NCBI RefSeq assembly: GCF_006345805.1
Contig: NC_042998.1
Coordinates: 52,142,001-52,206,000, forward strand
Length of the DNA: 64,000 bases
Direction: 5' to 3'
DNA from: Octopus sinensis
Taxonomy: Eukaryota
Below are positions 1 through 12,635 of this stretch, piece by piece (positions within the stretch are counted from its first letter, which is position 1; every line of letters starts with the position of its first letter). The notes under the pieces were generated by a model that saw nothing but the letters and a program-made list of their open reading frames with translations, had not been told where the DNA came from and did no database searches. Position numbers and translations under genes: made by a program.

Positions 1-239
1 ATTTTAAAGTGTTCAAAGCTAAATTAAAAACACAGTGAGTCAGCAAAATTGTCAGACAGTTCAATTAAATGCCTTGCAGTATTTGTTCTCTCTACATTCT
101 GAGTTCAAATCCTACCCAGTCCAGAGTAGTGAATTGGTGGGTACCTGTTCCAGGTCTTTGAATTTTGACAATAATACCTGAATGATATAATTGTCAAGCT
201 GCATATGTAAATCTTTGCCTTTCCCATAGACAATATTAA

Positions 240-459
240 CCCTTTCGTTACCAATCTGCCTAAAACCACTTCTGGCTCTGAGTACAAATGTCTTGTTTTC
301 ATAAGTTTTGAATTAAAATCTTCTGCCAAACCTTAGTCGCAATTTATGTTCCTAACAATAGCTGAATGATAACTAAGTTATTTTACTAAATTCTTTGATA
401 TATTCAAAGTAACTGAAATGAACACAGAGCATCTCGAAGTAAATACAGTAATGAAAGGG
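240..459. mobile_element. piggyBac-type MITE
   Basis: TTAA at 236-239 and 460-463; TIR CCCTTTCGTTAC / GTAATGAAAGGG; second copy at 35105-35312. Confidence 0.8.
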
Positions 460-533
460 TTAATGACACAGAGAGGGAAGACTTGCATGCATTGGTAACT
501 AATGGTCTTCTTGCCTTTCATGTAAAACCTTAC

Positions 534-605
534 CCAGACCAGCTTGTTAAAAAGAAACCCCTGGAGTAGATCCATAGTCTCAGTATACTTATGGAGGATC
601 TGGAT
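534..605 (-). CDS. Candidate internal exon (IQILHKYTETMDLLQGFLFNKLVW), unidentified protein
   Basis: ATTTAG acceptor, TGG|GTAAGG donor, 72 nt open, phase 0/0; non-repetitive; protein not recognised. Confidence 0.4.
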
Positions 606-691
606 CTAAATTTAAATCTACCTTTGCTAAATGTCAATCAGTTATTTTATATATTACGACAGAGTAGAATTATATACTAATTATGTTATAA

Positions 692-847
692 GCGTAGGAG
701 TGGCTATGTGGTAAGTAGCTTGCTTACCAACCACATGGTTTCGGGTTCAGTCCCACTGCGTGACACTTTGGACAAGTGTCTTCTACCATAGCCTTGGGCC
801 AACCAAAGCCTTGTGAGTAGATTTGGTAGACGGACGGAAGCCCGTCG

Positions 848-899
<52 letters not shown>

Positions 900-1127
900 T
901 GTGTGTGTGTTTGTGTGTCTGTGCTTGTCCCCCCAACATCACTTGACAACCAATGCTGGTGTGTTTATGTCCCTGTAACTTAGCAGTTAGGCAAAAGAGA
1001 CTGATAGAATAAGTACTAGGCTTACAAAGAATAAGTCCTGGGGTTGATTTGCTCGACTAAAGGCAGTGCTCCAGCATTGCCTCAGTCAAATGACTGCAAT
1101 AAGTAAAAGAATAGAGTAAAAGAGTAA
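692..1127 (+). mobile_element. tRNA-derived SINE family A (internal microsatellite, GTAAAAGA-type tail)
   Basis: tRNA-like head with B-box-like GGTTCAGTCC, CORE-like CACYTTGGRCAAGTGTCTT, internal (TA)/(TG)n; more than 20 related full or partial copies in the window. Confidence 0.85.
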
Positions 1128-1205
1128 GCATTGGCAAAACCCCCACAAAACTTGAGTTCTTCAAATTAAGTTTGCTGCATCACATGTATTCCCGAGATAT
1201 TTCAC

Positions 1206-1263
1206 CCACCAGAAATTATCTAAACTTGTAACTGTAGCATCGAAAAGAATGAACCTAGTGTTC
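1206..1263 (-). CDS. Candidate internal exon (NTRFILFDATVTSLDNFWW)
   Basis: T-rich acceptor ending CTATTTAG, TGG|GTGAAA donor (moderate), 58 nt, phase 2/0, compatible with neighbouring candidates. Confidence 0.35.
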
Positions 1264-1299
1264 CTAAATAGTGATATAAAATATAATAAATAGATGTCA

Positions 1300-1558
1300 G
1301 TGCCCCCTGACTAGCTCCCATGCTGGTGGCATGTAAAAAGCACTATCCAAACATAATTGATGCCAGGCCTGCCTGACTGACTCCTGTGCCAGTGACACGT
1401 AAATACACCCACTACACTCTTGGAGTAGTTGGTGTTAGGAAGGGCATTCAGCTTTAGAAACATTACCAGATCAGTTAGGAGCCTGGTGCAGCCATTGGCT
1501 TTTCAGACCTCAGCCAAACCATCCAACCCATGCCAGCATGGAAAAACGGACGTTAAAC

Positions 1559-1617
<59 letters not shown>
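1300..1617 (+). mobile_element. RTE-like LINE 3' end with (GAT)n tail
   Basis: Conserved terminus CCAACCCATGCYAGCATGGAAA..GGACGTTAAACGATGATGAT shared with longer copies that include the ORF end (17530-17598, 57134-57190). Confidence 0.75.
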
Positions 1618-3538
1618 GATGCAACATATCTAGAACTACATTATCCAAAAATATCCTTCCTTTTTTTAAGAAATATTCAAACCTTGAGTATGTTTTAAGA
1701 AGGTTTAGTTGTTACTTCTACTTGTTGAATCAAGAACATACAAGCTTCATTATCATCTTTGTTTTAATGTCCACTTTTCCATGCTTGCATGGGTTAGATG
1801 GAATTTGTTAAGGCAGATTTTTTTATGGTTGGATGCTCTTCCTGTTGCCAACCCTCACTTGTTTCCACACAAGATAATGTTTTCCCATGGCCAGACGTGT
1901 TTTCATGGATGGCACCATATGCATGGTGACGTTCATTTTCAATCATCACATGACATCAAGACAAGGGTACACAAAACGTACATGGACTTAAAGATTGTTC
2001 GCTATTTCGTATATAATTTAGTTATTGTATTTCGTTTTTGGATTTGGTTTGCAAGATTCTTTATATGAGTTCATGTGTTGAAGCATATTCTGTTGTGTCT
2101 GGGGAGAGTCATTTTCTTTTTGTGCCTTATACTGTAACACACTCACCTGTAAAATTTCCACTTATTTCTTATTTTTATTTTCCTAAAATTTTCGTTGCAT
2201 CTTGCAACCTTTTCAATAGTAGGTGTAGTATTAGTACCAATACAAATATACATAGATTTATGTGTTTCTCATAGTTTAATTTTAAAATTAGTGTTTAATC
2301 CTGCCTATATTTGATTGAATACTGTTGTACATATGGTAAATGTGTTTGAAAGCTGTGTTTCTTTTATGTTTATTTATGTTGACATCGCTGGATTGAATAG
2401 TACTGCCCAGGTGTCGAAACCATAATGATATCCATGGGGCAGCTGATGATGGAAGTATGTTGGAATGTTAGTATGGCTGTTTGTGTGTATGTGGAATAGT
2501 ATTATAACGCATCCTTTTGATACAGAATACACCCACACACACACACACATATGTGTGTGTGTGTGTGTGTTTAACAGTCCCACTACCAATCTTTTTCCAC
2601 CAAAACCACTTGCAAGGCATTGTTAGAAGACACCTGCCTAAGATGCCACACAACAGGACTGAACACGAAGCCACATGGTTGGGAGGTAAGCTTCTTAACC
2701 ACATAGCCACACTAATTTATATCCTTATGTTCATTCCTCATTTTCTCATAGTCGTGTACAGCAAAGCTGCACACTTTTCTCTCTAATGCAAAAAGAGAAG
2801 AAAGGAAAAAGTATAAAAGAAAAATTAGACATGAATAAAAAAAGTGGTTAAAAGTTATGAGACATAAAACATAAACAAATAAAATGATACATTTATTTTA
2901 ATGAAACCTCTCGACCAAAACATTCATAAATAGCATAACAAAAGGTAATTCAACTAATTATAAATTGAAGTGATGTCATGTTACAGTTGGGTGAGTAAAA
3001 TACTGGATTTTAAAAACCTCAAAGTTTGAGGTCAGAAGTAGTTGTTGGTTGTTGTTTAATCCCAGGCAAGCACTGAATGAGCAGATATACAATCAAAGAC
3101 ATTTTCCTCATGAATCATTTCATGTATATTTTGAGCAAGTATATCTAAGATTATGCTTTTCAATGTGTCATTCCCTTTTTCCTTTTTGTTTTGATAGAGT
3201 ATGAAGCCCAAGTATTGCCCTCTCTAACTCACACCTTTTTCCATAACTTAAGAAACATCTCAGGAGAATGAAATTTCACTCCAATTTGGAAGTGATCGCT
3301 GCAACAGAGATGTGGTTGGAGGCCCAATCTTCCAAGTTCTTTTATAGGGCTTAGAAAAATTGAAGGACCACTGTAATAACTGTGTGAATCTGAGAGGGGA
3401 TTGTGTCGAATAAACTCATAGTTAACTGATCCTCCTGAATTTTCTTTTACCCAAGCCAGGAACTTTTTAGTACCCCATCATTTATATATATAAGCAATAA
3501 TAAATCTCTGAACGAAGTATAAACAGTAACTGCACGAC

Positions 3539-3656
3539 AATGTGAGGTATACTTGCCATCTCAATATGGCTAACCACTAAGGGTGGTTGTTACAAGCTAC
3601 AGTAACACCCACCCTTAGTGGTTAGCCATATTGAGATGGCAAGTATACCTCACATT
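3539..3656. repeat. Near-perfect 55-bp-arm hairpin
   Basis: 3539-3593 is the reverse complement of 3602-3656 with 1 mismatch; 8-nt loop; abuts (TA)n. Confidence 0.95.
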
Positions 3657-3669
3657 ATATATATATATG

Positions 3670-4057
3670 TTATATTAAATTAGAGACAAAACCACTATTA
3701 GGCAAATCAAACAATGAAAAACTTAAGCCAATACATAAGATTATTATATTTATATTATTTAAATATATAACAAAATTATTAAAAAATATAATTAATATAT
3801 ATTAATTATATATTATATATATATATTAAATATATTAATTATATTTTTTAATAATTTTGTTATATATTTAAATAATATAAATATAATAATCTTATGTATT
3901 GGCTTAAGTTTTTCATTGTTTGATTTGCCTAATAGTGGTTTTGTTTCTAATTTAATATAATATAATATTTTACTATAAAATTGGATTCAATCCTAAATCT
4001 GATTTTTCCCTGTAAGTTTGGATTTATTCCCTAATATTTATTATTATATATATATAT
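3670..4057 (+). mobile_element. Foldback element (about 131-bp arms plus tail), probably Penelope-like LTR-derived
   Basis: Arms 3670-3800 / 3830-3960 directly visible; tail TTTTTCCCTGTAAGTTTGGATTTATTCCCT shared with the 5329-5745 element; PLE origin inferred. Confidence 0.6.
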
Positions 4058-5328
4058 TCAAAACAAATCAAAATAGATGAACATCAATGGAATCTGTATC
4101 TTTGTGGTACCAGTGCCGGTGGCACACACTTTGTGGTACCAGTGCCGGTGGCACACAAGAGAACCATCCGAACGTGGCCGTAGCCAGTTCCGCATCGACC
4201 GGCCTCCGTGCTGTGGGCACGTAACAAACACCATCCGATCATGGCCGTTCGCCAGCCTCATCTGGCACCTGTGTCGGTGGCACATAAAAAGACCTTCCGA
4301 AGACCCGGCAAGACTAGTCAGTCCACCTGTGCATACCTTCCTTCTTGTGACACTTGTGAAGACCGGTTGAGGCAAGTGAAAATCAAATCAAATCAAAATA
4401 GACAAAATAGATGAACATCAATGGAATTTGTATCTTGTGGTACCAGTGCCTGTGGCACACAAGAAATCCATCAGTGCCGTAGTCAGTGCGGTGGGCACAT
4501 GACAAACACCATCCGATCGTGACCGTTCGCCAGCCTCATCTAGCACCTGTGTCGGTGGCACATAAAAACACCATCCGAAGACCCGGCAAGACTAGTCAGG
4601 CCATAACCCATGGCCCCTACCTGGGACGTAGTCAGTCCACCTGTGCATACCTTCCTTCTTGTGACACTTGTGAAGACCTGTTGAGGCAAGTGAAAATCAA
4701 AACAAATCAAAATAGATGAACATCAATGGAATTTGTATCTTGTGGTACCAGTGCCGGTGGCACGTGGCACATAAGAAAACCATCCGAACGTGGCCGTAGC
4801 CAGTACCGCATCGACTGGCCTCCGTGCTGTGGGCACGTAACAAGCACCATCCGATCGTGGCCGTTTGCCAGCCTCATCTGGCACCTGTGTCGGTGGCACA
4901 TAAAAACACCATCCGAGCGTGGCCGTCTGCCAGCCTCGTCTGGCACCTGTGTCGGTGGCACATAAAAACACCATCCGAGCGTGGCCGTCTGCCAGCCTCG
5001 TCTGGCACCTGTGTCGGTGGCACATAAAAACACCATCCGAGCGTGGCCGTCTGCCAGCCTCGTCTGGCACCTGTGTCGGTGGCACATAAAAAACACCATC
5101 CGAGCGTGGCCGTTTGCCAGCCTCGTCTGGCACCTGTGTCGGTGGCACATAAAATCACCCACTACACTCTCGGAGTGGTTGGCGTTAGGAAGGGCATCCA
5201 GCTGTAGAAACACTGCCAGATCTGACTGGACTGGTGCAGCTTTCGGGCTCCCCAGACCCCAGTTGAACCGTCCAACCCATGCTAGCATGGAAAGCGGACG
5301 TTAAATGATGATGATGATGATGATGATG
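4058..5328 (+). mobile_element. RTE-like 3' UTR with reiterated module and 62-bp minisatellite
   Basis: Module ATAGATGAACATCAATGG at 4073, 4407, 4712; 62-bp units starting 4847, 4909, 4971, 5033, 5096; ends GTTAAAT(GAT)n. Confidence 0.75.
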
Positions 5329-5703
5329 AAATTAGAAAAAACCCACCTTTTATCAATTCAAAATGAACAATTAAATTACACCATCTAGAAAATTACATAT
5401 GATAGAAATATTAAAATTAAAATAACAATAATATACCGATGATTAGGTAAATTGCAAAAAAATAATAAAAACGTATATATATGTTTTTGCAATTTACTTA
5501 ATCATTGGTATATTATTGTTATTTTAATTTTAATATTTCTATCATATGTAATTTTCTAGATGGTGTAATTTAATTGTTCATTTTGAATTGATAAAAGGCG
5601 ATTTTTTCTAATTTTTATTTATATATTATATTGTATGAAATTTGATTTAGTACTTTTAAATTGAATTTTTCCCTGTAAGTTAGGATTAATATTCCCTCAA
5701 ATA

Positions 5704-5745
<42 letters not shown>
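5329..5745 (+). mobile_element. Foldback element (about 131-bp arms plus tail), probably Penelope-like
   Basis: Arms 5329-5460 / 5484-5614; tail TTTTTCCCTGTAAGTTAGGATTAATATTCCCT then (TA)n. Confidence 0.6.
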
Positions 5746-5750
<5 letters not shown>

Positions 5751-5946
5751 CCGATCATATCAAGTGCCTAGCATGGAAATAAAAACCTCATAGGTAATAA
5801 TTATTATTAAAATTATAATTAAGGGTATCTAAAAGATACCATCATGCTAGATATAGCAGTCAAAATTTGACTGTAAAACCACATCAAATATTCGTACAGG
5901 AGAGAAAACAAAGAGACAAAATAAACTAGCAAGAAATTATTGAATA

Positions 5947-6004
5947 ATTCCAAATCCTGGATTTCTGGCTTTGCATACGAAATGCTTTGCCTCATCAGTG
6001 GAAT
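5947..6004 (-). ncRNA. Minimal type I hammerhead ribozyme candidate at the head of a PLE-like fragment (about 5745-6004)
   Basis: Minus strand: AUUCCA-CUGAUGA-GGC(AAAGCAUUUCGUAUGCAAA)GCC-A-GAAA-UCCAGGA-UU-UGGAAU; stem I 6 bp, palindromic stem III, AUU site; one extra A before G12. Confidence 0.65.
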
Positions 6005-6025
6005 ATACATATATATACATATATA

Positions 6026-6440
6026 CTCTTTACTCTCTCTTTTACTTGTTTCAGTCATTTGACTGCAGCCATGCTGGAGCACCGCCTTTAATTGAGCAAC
6101 TCAACCCCGGGACTTATTCTTTGTAAGCCCAGTACTTATTCTATCGGTCTCTTTTGCTGAACCGCTAAATGACGGGGACATAAACACACTGGCATCGGTT
6201 GTCAAGCAATGCTAGGGGGACAAACACAGACACACAAACACACACGCACATATACATATATATATATACATAAATATGACGGGCTTCTTTCAGTTTCTGT
6301 CTACCAAATCCACTCACAAGGCTTTGGTTGGCCCGAGGCTATAGTAGAAGACACTTGCCCAAGGTGCCACGCAGTGGAACTGAACCCGGAACCATGTGGT
6401 TGGTAAGCAAGCTACTTACCACACAGCCACTCCTGCGCCT
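6026..6440 (-). mobile_element. SINE family A, full length
   Basis: Reverse complement of 692-1127. Confidence 0.85.
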
Positions 6441-6699
6441 ATATATATATATATAAATACAAATGCTTTCCCAAATAAAATTACACTTCAGTTTTGAAGC
6501 TATAGGGTGATACACAACCACTCAACTATAAGTGCATTGCATCTTGTTGTAAAAAAAGCTGTTAGTTAATGAAATTAATGACTTAACTAACAGTTTGATT
6601 TAATGTCTTATGATATTTAGTTATATGCCCTTAAGTTCTGAGTTCAGTTCCTGCAGAGATCAGCTTTGCTTTGCATCCTTTCAGGAGTGACAAAATATA

Positions 6700-7065
6700 T
6701 ACTCTTTTACTTGTTTCAGTCATTTGACAGTGACCATGCTAGATCACCACCTTTAGTCAAGCAAATCGACCCAAGGACTTATTCTTTGTAAGCCTAGTAC
6801 TTATTCTATTGTTCTCTTTTGCCGAACCACTAAGTTATAGGGACGTAAACACACCAGCATCGGTTGTCAACAATTTTTGGGGGACAAACACAGACACACA
6901 AACACACCCATACATACATACATATATATATACACATATACGATGGGCTTCTTTCAGTTTCCGTCCACCAAATCTACTCACAAGGCTTTGGTTGGCCCGA
7001 GGCTATAGCAGAAGACACTTGCCCAAGGTGCCATGTAGTGGGACTGAACCCGGAACAATGTGGTT
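6700..7065 (-). mobile_element. SINE family A, head truncated
   Basis: Reverse-complement match to family A body and tail. Confidence 0.8.
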
Positions 7066-8068
7066 CATATGCAACGATTCATATCCCATATAGCAGCAGC
7101 AACAGTAGCAGTAGTAGTAGTTTAACTTCAGATAGAGAAGGATTATGATCAAAGTGGCTCCAACCATCACAATCTTGTCTTTTTTATTTTTTTTTTTTGT
7201 ATATCAAAGAACGCAGTCCTCTAGTGTGTCATTCGTGTTAAAAAATGGTCAGTTGCAACTTGAGGGAAATCTGGTTGCTATTTCTAGCAGATCGTATGAC
7301 CACATAGAGGCACTTTCATTAGCTCTTCATGTCTTATGTTGTTACTGTTAGTGGTGTTTTTTAACTTAAGATCAACTTTGATTGAGTAAACAAATGAACA
7401 AGGGCCTTCTAGTTTTGAACTATCTGTCTTATTTTTAAGCACAATGTATCTTTGACCACATCTTCTAATAACCATTTTAAAGATATTAAGATTTTATTTG
7501 AGGGAAATTTGGCTGCTATTTATAGTAAGTTAAATGGTTAGTTAAAGTCTACTTGTAGGTTAATGTCTTGTTCAAAATACTTACACAATCTAGTTTTATT
7601 TATAACAAAGATTTATTTTACTTACATGATGATGATGATGATAACTTAAGCTGTATTTAAGAAAATGGTTTGAAAATGATGGTATATCTTGAGAAAACAG
7701 ATCCTGTGGAAAAATCTAGAATGAAATTAGTTTCTTTTTATCTTCCTAATCATTTGCTAATTTTCTTCAAATCCAGGGATGAAAAGTTATGATATAAATA
7801 ACAACATAACTAAACCCCCACCCTCAAAAAAAACCCAAAAAACAAAAAAAAAAATGCTGTTGTATCATAGAGCGTACCATTTTATTCAGGTTTACAAGAA
7901 GTGAACCGTAAAAATGGAAACAAAAATGTTATACAATAAATTAAAAAAAAAACAAACAATAATTCCACCCCACTTCTTCAAAATATAATAAATATTTTCA
8001 AGGATTCTCATTATTTCATATTACTAGACAGACATCTTGACTACTCTTGCTTAGCGTCAGTCATAATG

Positions 8069-8118
<50 letters not shown>

Positions 8119-8586
8119 GATGTCTGCTTCATTAACTTGCAGGAGATAACGTGTTTATAATTCATTCTCTCTCTTTCTCTTTCTCTCTCTCTCTCTCTTG
8201 TGATTCCACTCTATTAATTACCTTTGTTTTGTCTGCTTGTTCTCTGTTTATTTTGATAATTTAGCTCTGCTTCTCTACTCTAACAGAACACATTACTCAT
8301 TCATAGCTTTAGGTTGCTGTAAGAAAAAAACAAAAAAAAAGTTGAACCTCTCTAATAAGGATATCGAAACAAAAAGTAAATAAATAAATAAATAAATAAA
8401 TAGAAATACAAATGAAATGAGAAATGAATAAATGAAAAACGTAAAAGTGAAAGTAGGAAAAAAAACAGAATCGAACAGGGATGCTTGTTAATCATAAAAC
8501 TTGCAAGATATATACATATACATATATATGTATATATATATATAAATGTGTGCGTGTGTGTGTACACCTGTATACATATTGCTTAC

Positions 8587-8665
8587 ACTTGTGTGGACAT
8601 CTTCAGTAGTTTATGGTGAATGAATTTCAATTGGTAATAGTGGTACAGTTGATTTGCAGTGTTAA
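8587..8665 (-). CDS. Candidate internal exon (NTANQLYHYYQLKFIHHKLLKMSTQ)
   Basis: TTTCCTCTTAAG acceptor (uncommon AAG), AGT|GTAAGC donor, 79 nt, phase 1/2, only one open frame. Confidence 0.35.
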
Positions 8666-8796
8666 CTTAAGAGGAAATACCAAGAGCAGATGAGATGAAA
8701 CTGTAATTGGTTATCAATGATTTTGGCCAATGAACAGAAATCTGATGACTTTGCTACTTTAGACATGTAATTCAAATGCCATACGTGTGTATATAT

Positions 8797-8991
8797 AGGT
8801 GTAGGACTGGCTGTGTGGTAAGTAGCTTGCTTACGAACCATATGGTTCCGGGTTCAGTCCCACTGTGTGGCACTTTGGGAAAGTGTCTTCTACTATAGCC
8901 TTGGGCCGACCAAAGCCTTGTGAGTGGATTTGGTAGACAGAAACTGAAAGAAGCCTGTTGTATATATGTATATATGTACATACATACATGC

Positions 8992-9042
<51 letters not shown>

Positions 9043-9214
9043 TGTATTTGTGTCTGTGTTTGTCTCCCCAACATTGCTTGACAACTGTTGCTGGTGTGTT
9101 TACGTCCCTATAACTTGGTGGTTCAGCAAAAGAGACCGATAGAATAAGTACTAGGCTTACAAAGAATAAGTCCTGGGGTCGATTTGCTTGACTAAAGGTA
9201 GTGCTCCAGCATGT
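8797..9214 (+). mobile_element. SINE family A
   Basis: Same head, CORE-like block and internal (TA)/(TATG)n as 692-1127. Confidence 0.85.
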
Positions 9215-9351
9215 GTAGAGCGAGTTTCTTTGAGGTTTGATTAATTGTAACAAAAGTAAAGTTTGAAGGAAATATTAGCCATTTTTCATACTTTCTAGCA
9301 CTAAGCAAACAGGAAACTACAGTTTCTCCCCAAGGACAAAAATCTTGTTAC

Positions 9352-9404
<53 letters not shown>

Positions 9405-9544
9405 GAGGTAGTAAGCTGGCTGAATTATTAACACATCAGACAGAATGCTTAGCAGCATTTCGTCCATTTCCTCAAACTTTGCTTTTGTGACTTAAATTCC
9501 CTTCAAATTTTGCTTTTGTGATCTGGACATCAATCTTTTGAAAC

Positions 9545-9770
9545 TGACCTATTTTCCATTACATTTCAGGCAGACTCAGCATGAAGTTGCTGAAGCAGAA
9601 ATATTGTTATAGCAAATATTCTGCTCAATACCACAGATTTGCTTGACCTGAACCACTTGAGCATGTCCCTTTATGACTGACAACATGTGCGTCTCTGATC
9701 ATGAGTAGGTGTAGTGAGGGAGTATCACAGCCATGTGTAGAGCAGGTTTCTTTGAGGTTTGAATAATTGT
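9545..9770 (+). mobile_element. Partial copy of the (AAT)n-associated 456-bp element, with extra upstream sequence
   Basis: AGCAAATATTCTGCTCAATACCACAGATTTGCTTG matches units at 41715, 42215, 42715. Confidence 0.7.
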
Positions 9771-11369
9771 AACAAAAGTAAAGTGTGAAGGAAATATTAA
9801 CCAGTTTTCATACTTACTTGCAGTAAGCAAATAAGAAACTACAGTCACTACCCAAGGACAAAAGTCATATTAGACAGTGTCACGAGGAGGATGAGTCACT
9901 GTGTCTGGTAATAATTTGAAAAAAATTACATTTTAAATTGATTCGGTTACAGTCAAAATTTTACTGTATTTATTACAGGAATGCATCACAAGCAGTCTTG
10001 CTTATTTGCTGTGCTTCAGTAAGCGTATATATAAATAAACAATTTACGAAAATATATTGTTACAATTAACCTACAACTACTGTCTGCTCTGTTTATAATA
10101 CGATACTCCTCAGGTGTAATCCATTATATCCTCTCCAATTCTTTTGGTGTTCATCAGTAAAATTATTGTCTTCTTGATCATCATGCTCTGAATCATGTTT
10201 TATTCATAGTTACTGCCTACCTTAACAAGTCGGATGATTATATATCACTCATATGGTCCATTTTTGGGCATGGTTTTTATAACTGAGTGATCTTAACACA
10301 ATCGCTAAATGTAGTGTACTAGATGTGTTTTAATGTGGCGGCATTAGTAGAGAGGTTGTTATGTACTTTGAAAGCTTAAACAATTTTTTCAACTTTGTGT
10401 TGTCACTACTCATTTACTAATCACTTTACACAAAGCACTGGGTAGGTTTTATTTGGCACCAGCACTAGTGGGGTTGCTATGTGCACTGCAAGGCTAAAAG
10501 AGTCATCACTATTTTATGATGTCTCCATTCGTCCAATGCAACATGTCCATCAGAATAAACAGAAAAGATGGTAATGACAGACAAGTGGGTGAGAGGAACT
10601 AGAATATGATAGGAGCAATAGTGAATGGGTAAGAACTAGAGGAGGAAGTTCTGAAAAGCAGGCAGTCCTAGACAGATTCATGTGAAGCCCTGACAGGTTG
10701 GGGTGAGAGAGTGATAAATAGCAGAAGTAATAGAAGAAAGATAGTGATGGAGAGAGTAACAAAAAACAGGTAGTAATGGCAGAGAATAGTTAAAGAGAGG
10801 AGAGAGAAAAAAAATTGAGTGAAGGATGAGAATAAAGATGCGCTAATGTAAGAAAATAATTGGTATCAGTCACAAGTGTCTTGAGAAAGAGAAAATGATA
10901 GCTAGCTGTACAGAAATGGGTGGGAATAAAATTTTCTTTATCAAATAAGAAAAACTGCCTCACATTACTTCCTTTCAACTCACTTCTGAGATCCTTCTCT
11001 ATTTCCTTTTACTATAGAACCACATCTCTTTTCCATCTGCACCACATCTAATTTGTATCCACATTACTCCTCCTATGAAACGAGCACCCTGCCAAAAACA
11101 TTATAAACCCTGAGAGATTGATGTAAGCTACAGTGTGAAGACAGCTGGTAAACCAAAACTTCAAATTCACTGTTAACCATTTCTGTATGTATATGTATGT
11201 GTGTGTGTGCATGCATGCGTATGCACGTACATGTGTGTGAGTATGAGTATATACATGCATATATGTATGAATGAATGAACCATACCAATTACTATGAAAA
11301 CGACACGGTAGCATGTACCACGTATTTACTAGTTTTTATATCTCTATATAGTTGAAAACAAGCACATAC

Positions 11370-11705
11370 CAGGGGTTCTCAACTGAGGCCCATATGGCCC
11401 CTGAGGGTCCATATAAGATTTTTGGAGGCCCACACAACAAAATAGTAAATTGTCTACAATAGTATTTCTAAGGGCCCCCTGAAAAAAAATTTGCATTAGA
11501 TGTATGTGTTAGTAAGTATTGCATGAAACAACTAGGTTTCTTTCTCTAACATTTTACATAGTTTAAACCTACACAAGAACAAAATAGGAATTTTGAAAGA
11601 CGTTGTCTATAAAACTAATTTTTAAACATCGAATGGCTATGGGGCCCACCAGAATAAAATAATAATCAAAGGGCTCCATATATAAAAAGTGGTTGAGAAC
11701 CCCTG
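11370..11705. mobile_element. hAT-type MITE
   Basis: 14-bp TIR CAGGGGTTCTCAAC / GTTGAGAACCCCTG; 8-bp flanks match only 5/8, so the TSD is degenerate. Confidence 0.7.
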
Positions 11706-12600
11706 ATACACACCTTCTTAGCTTTCCTATCCTTCAACCAAGCAAAATTGTAAAAGTGACATGAGTGCTTTGCTCAAAGACACAATAGTATACAGAGTCC
11801 AGGAATTGAACACACAACCTCATAATCATGAACTTAACATTCCAACCACTTGGCTACATGTTTGCACTATATATATAGCTATGAATTTATCTTTCTACCT
11901 GTCCATCTATCTGTATACCTGGGAGTATATGTATGTGTATGTATATAAATATACACAAATACATAAACACACACACAGAGGCACATATGTATATATGCAT
12001 AGATATATTTGTACATATATATATATACATATATAACTATATACATAAACACACACAAACCCACATTTGCATGTATATATATATACATATATCTTCATTT
12101 ATATATGTTCATATATATGTAAAAATATATAGATATACACATACACATGTATGTGTGTGTGAATGTATGTATGTATGTATGTATGTATGTATTTGTATGC
12201 ATTTATATATGTATGCATGCATGTGAATGTGAGTAAGTGTGTGAATAAATTACTTCAGAATTTTGTATGTAAGTTCTCTCACATTTCTAAACAATTTGAG
12301 ATGGATAACAGAGCAATTAAACTAGCTATGTATAGCTACTGAGTTGAAAGAGGTAAAGTCTATGTTGTTGTAAGCGTTCAATAATAAAGGTAGGTATTTG
12401 TTGCTTAATTTGGGGGAGACAGAAATCTGTATGAACACTGAGCTGTAAATATTGTAAATAGTGACATGTTTGCTTGAGAGCCTGATTGGGTTCTCATTAT
12501 TTGCAGCTGTATAACTTTCAATAGTGCTCAACATACACACTCGCACAAATATATAAATAATTATGTGTGTGCATCTGTGTATATATGTGTGTGTGTGTAT

Positions 12601-12635
<35 letters not shown>

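Noticed and set aside
4847-5157. CRISPR-like array of palindromic repeats
   Set aside because: The linkers are copies of each other, the context is a eukaryotic retroelement UTR, and there are no cas genes; it is a minisatellite.
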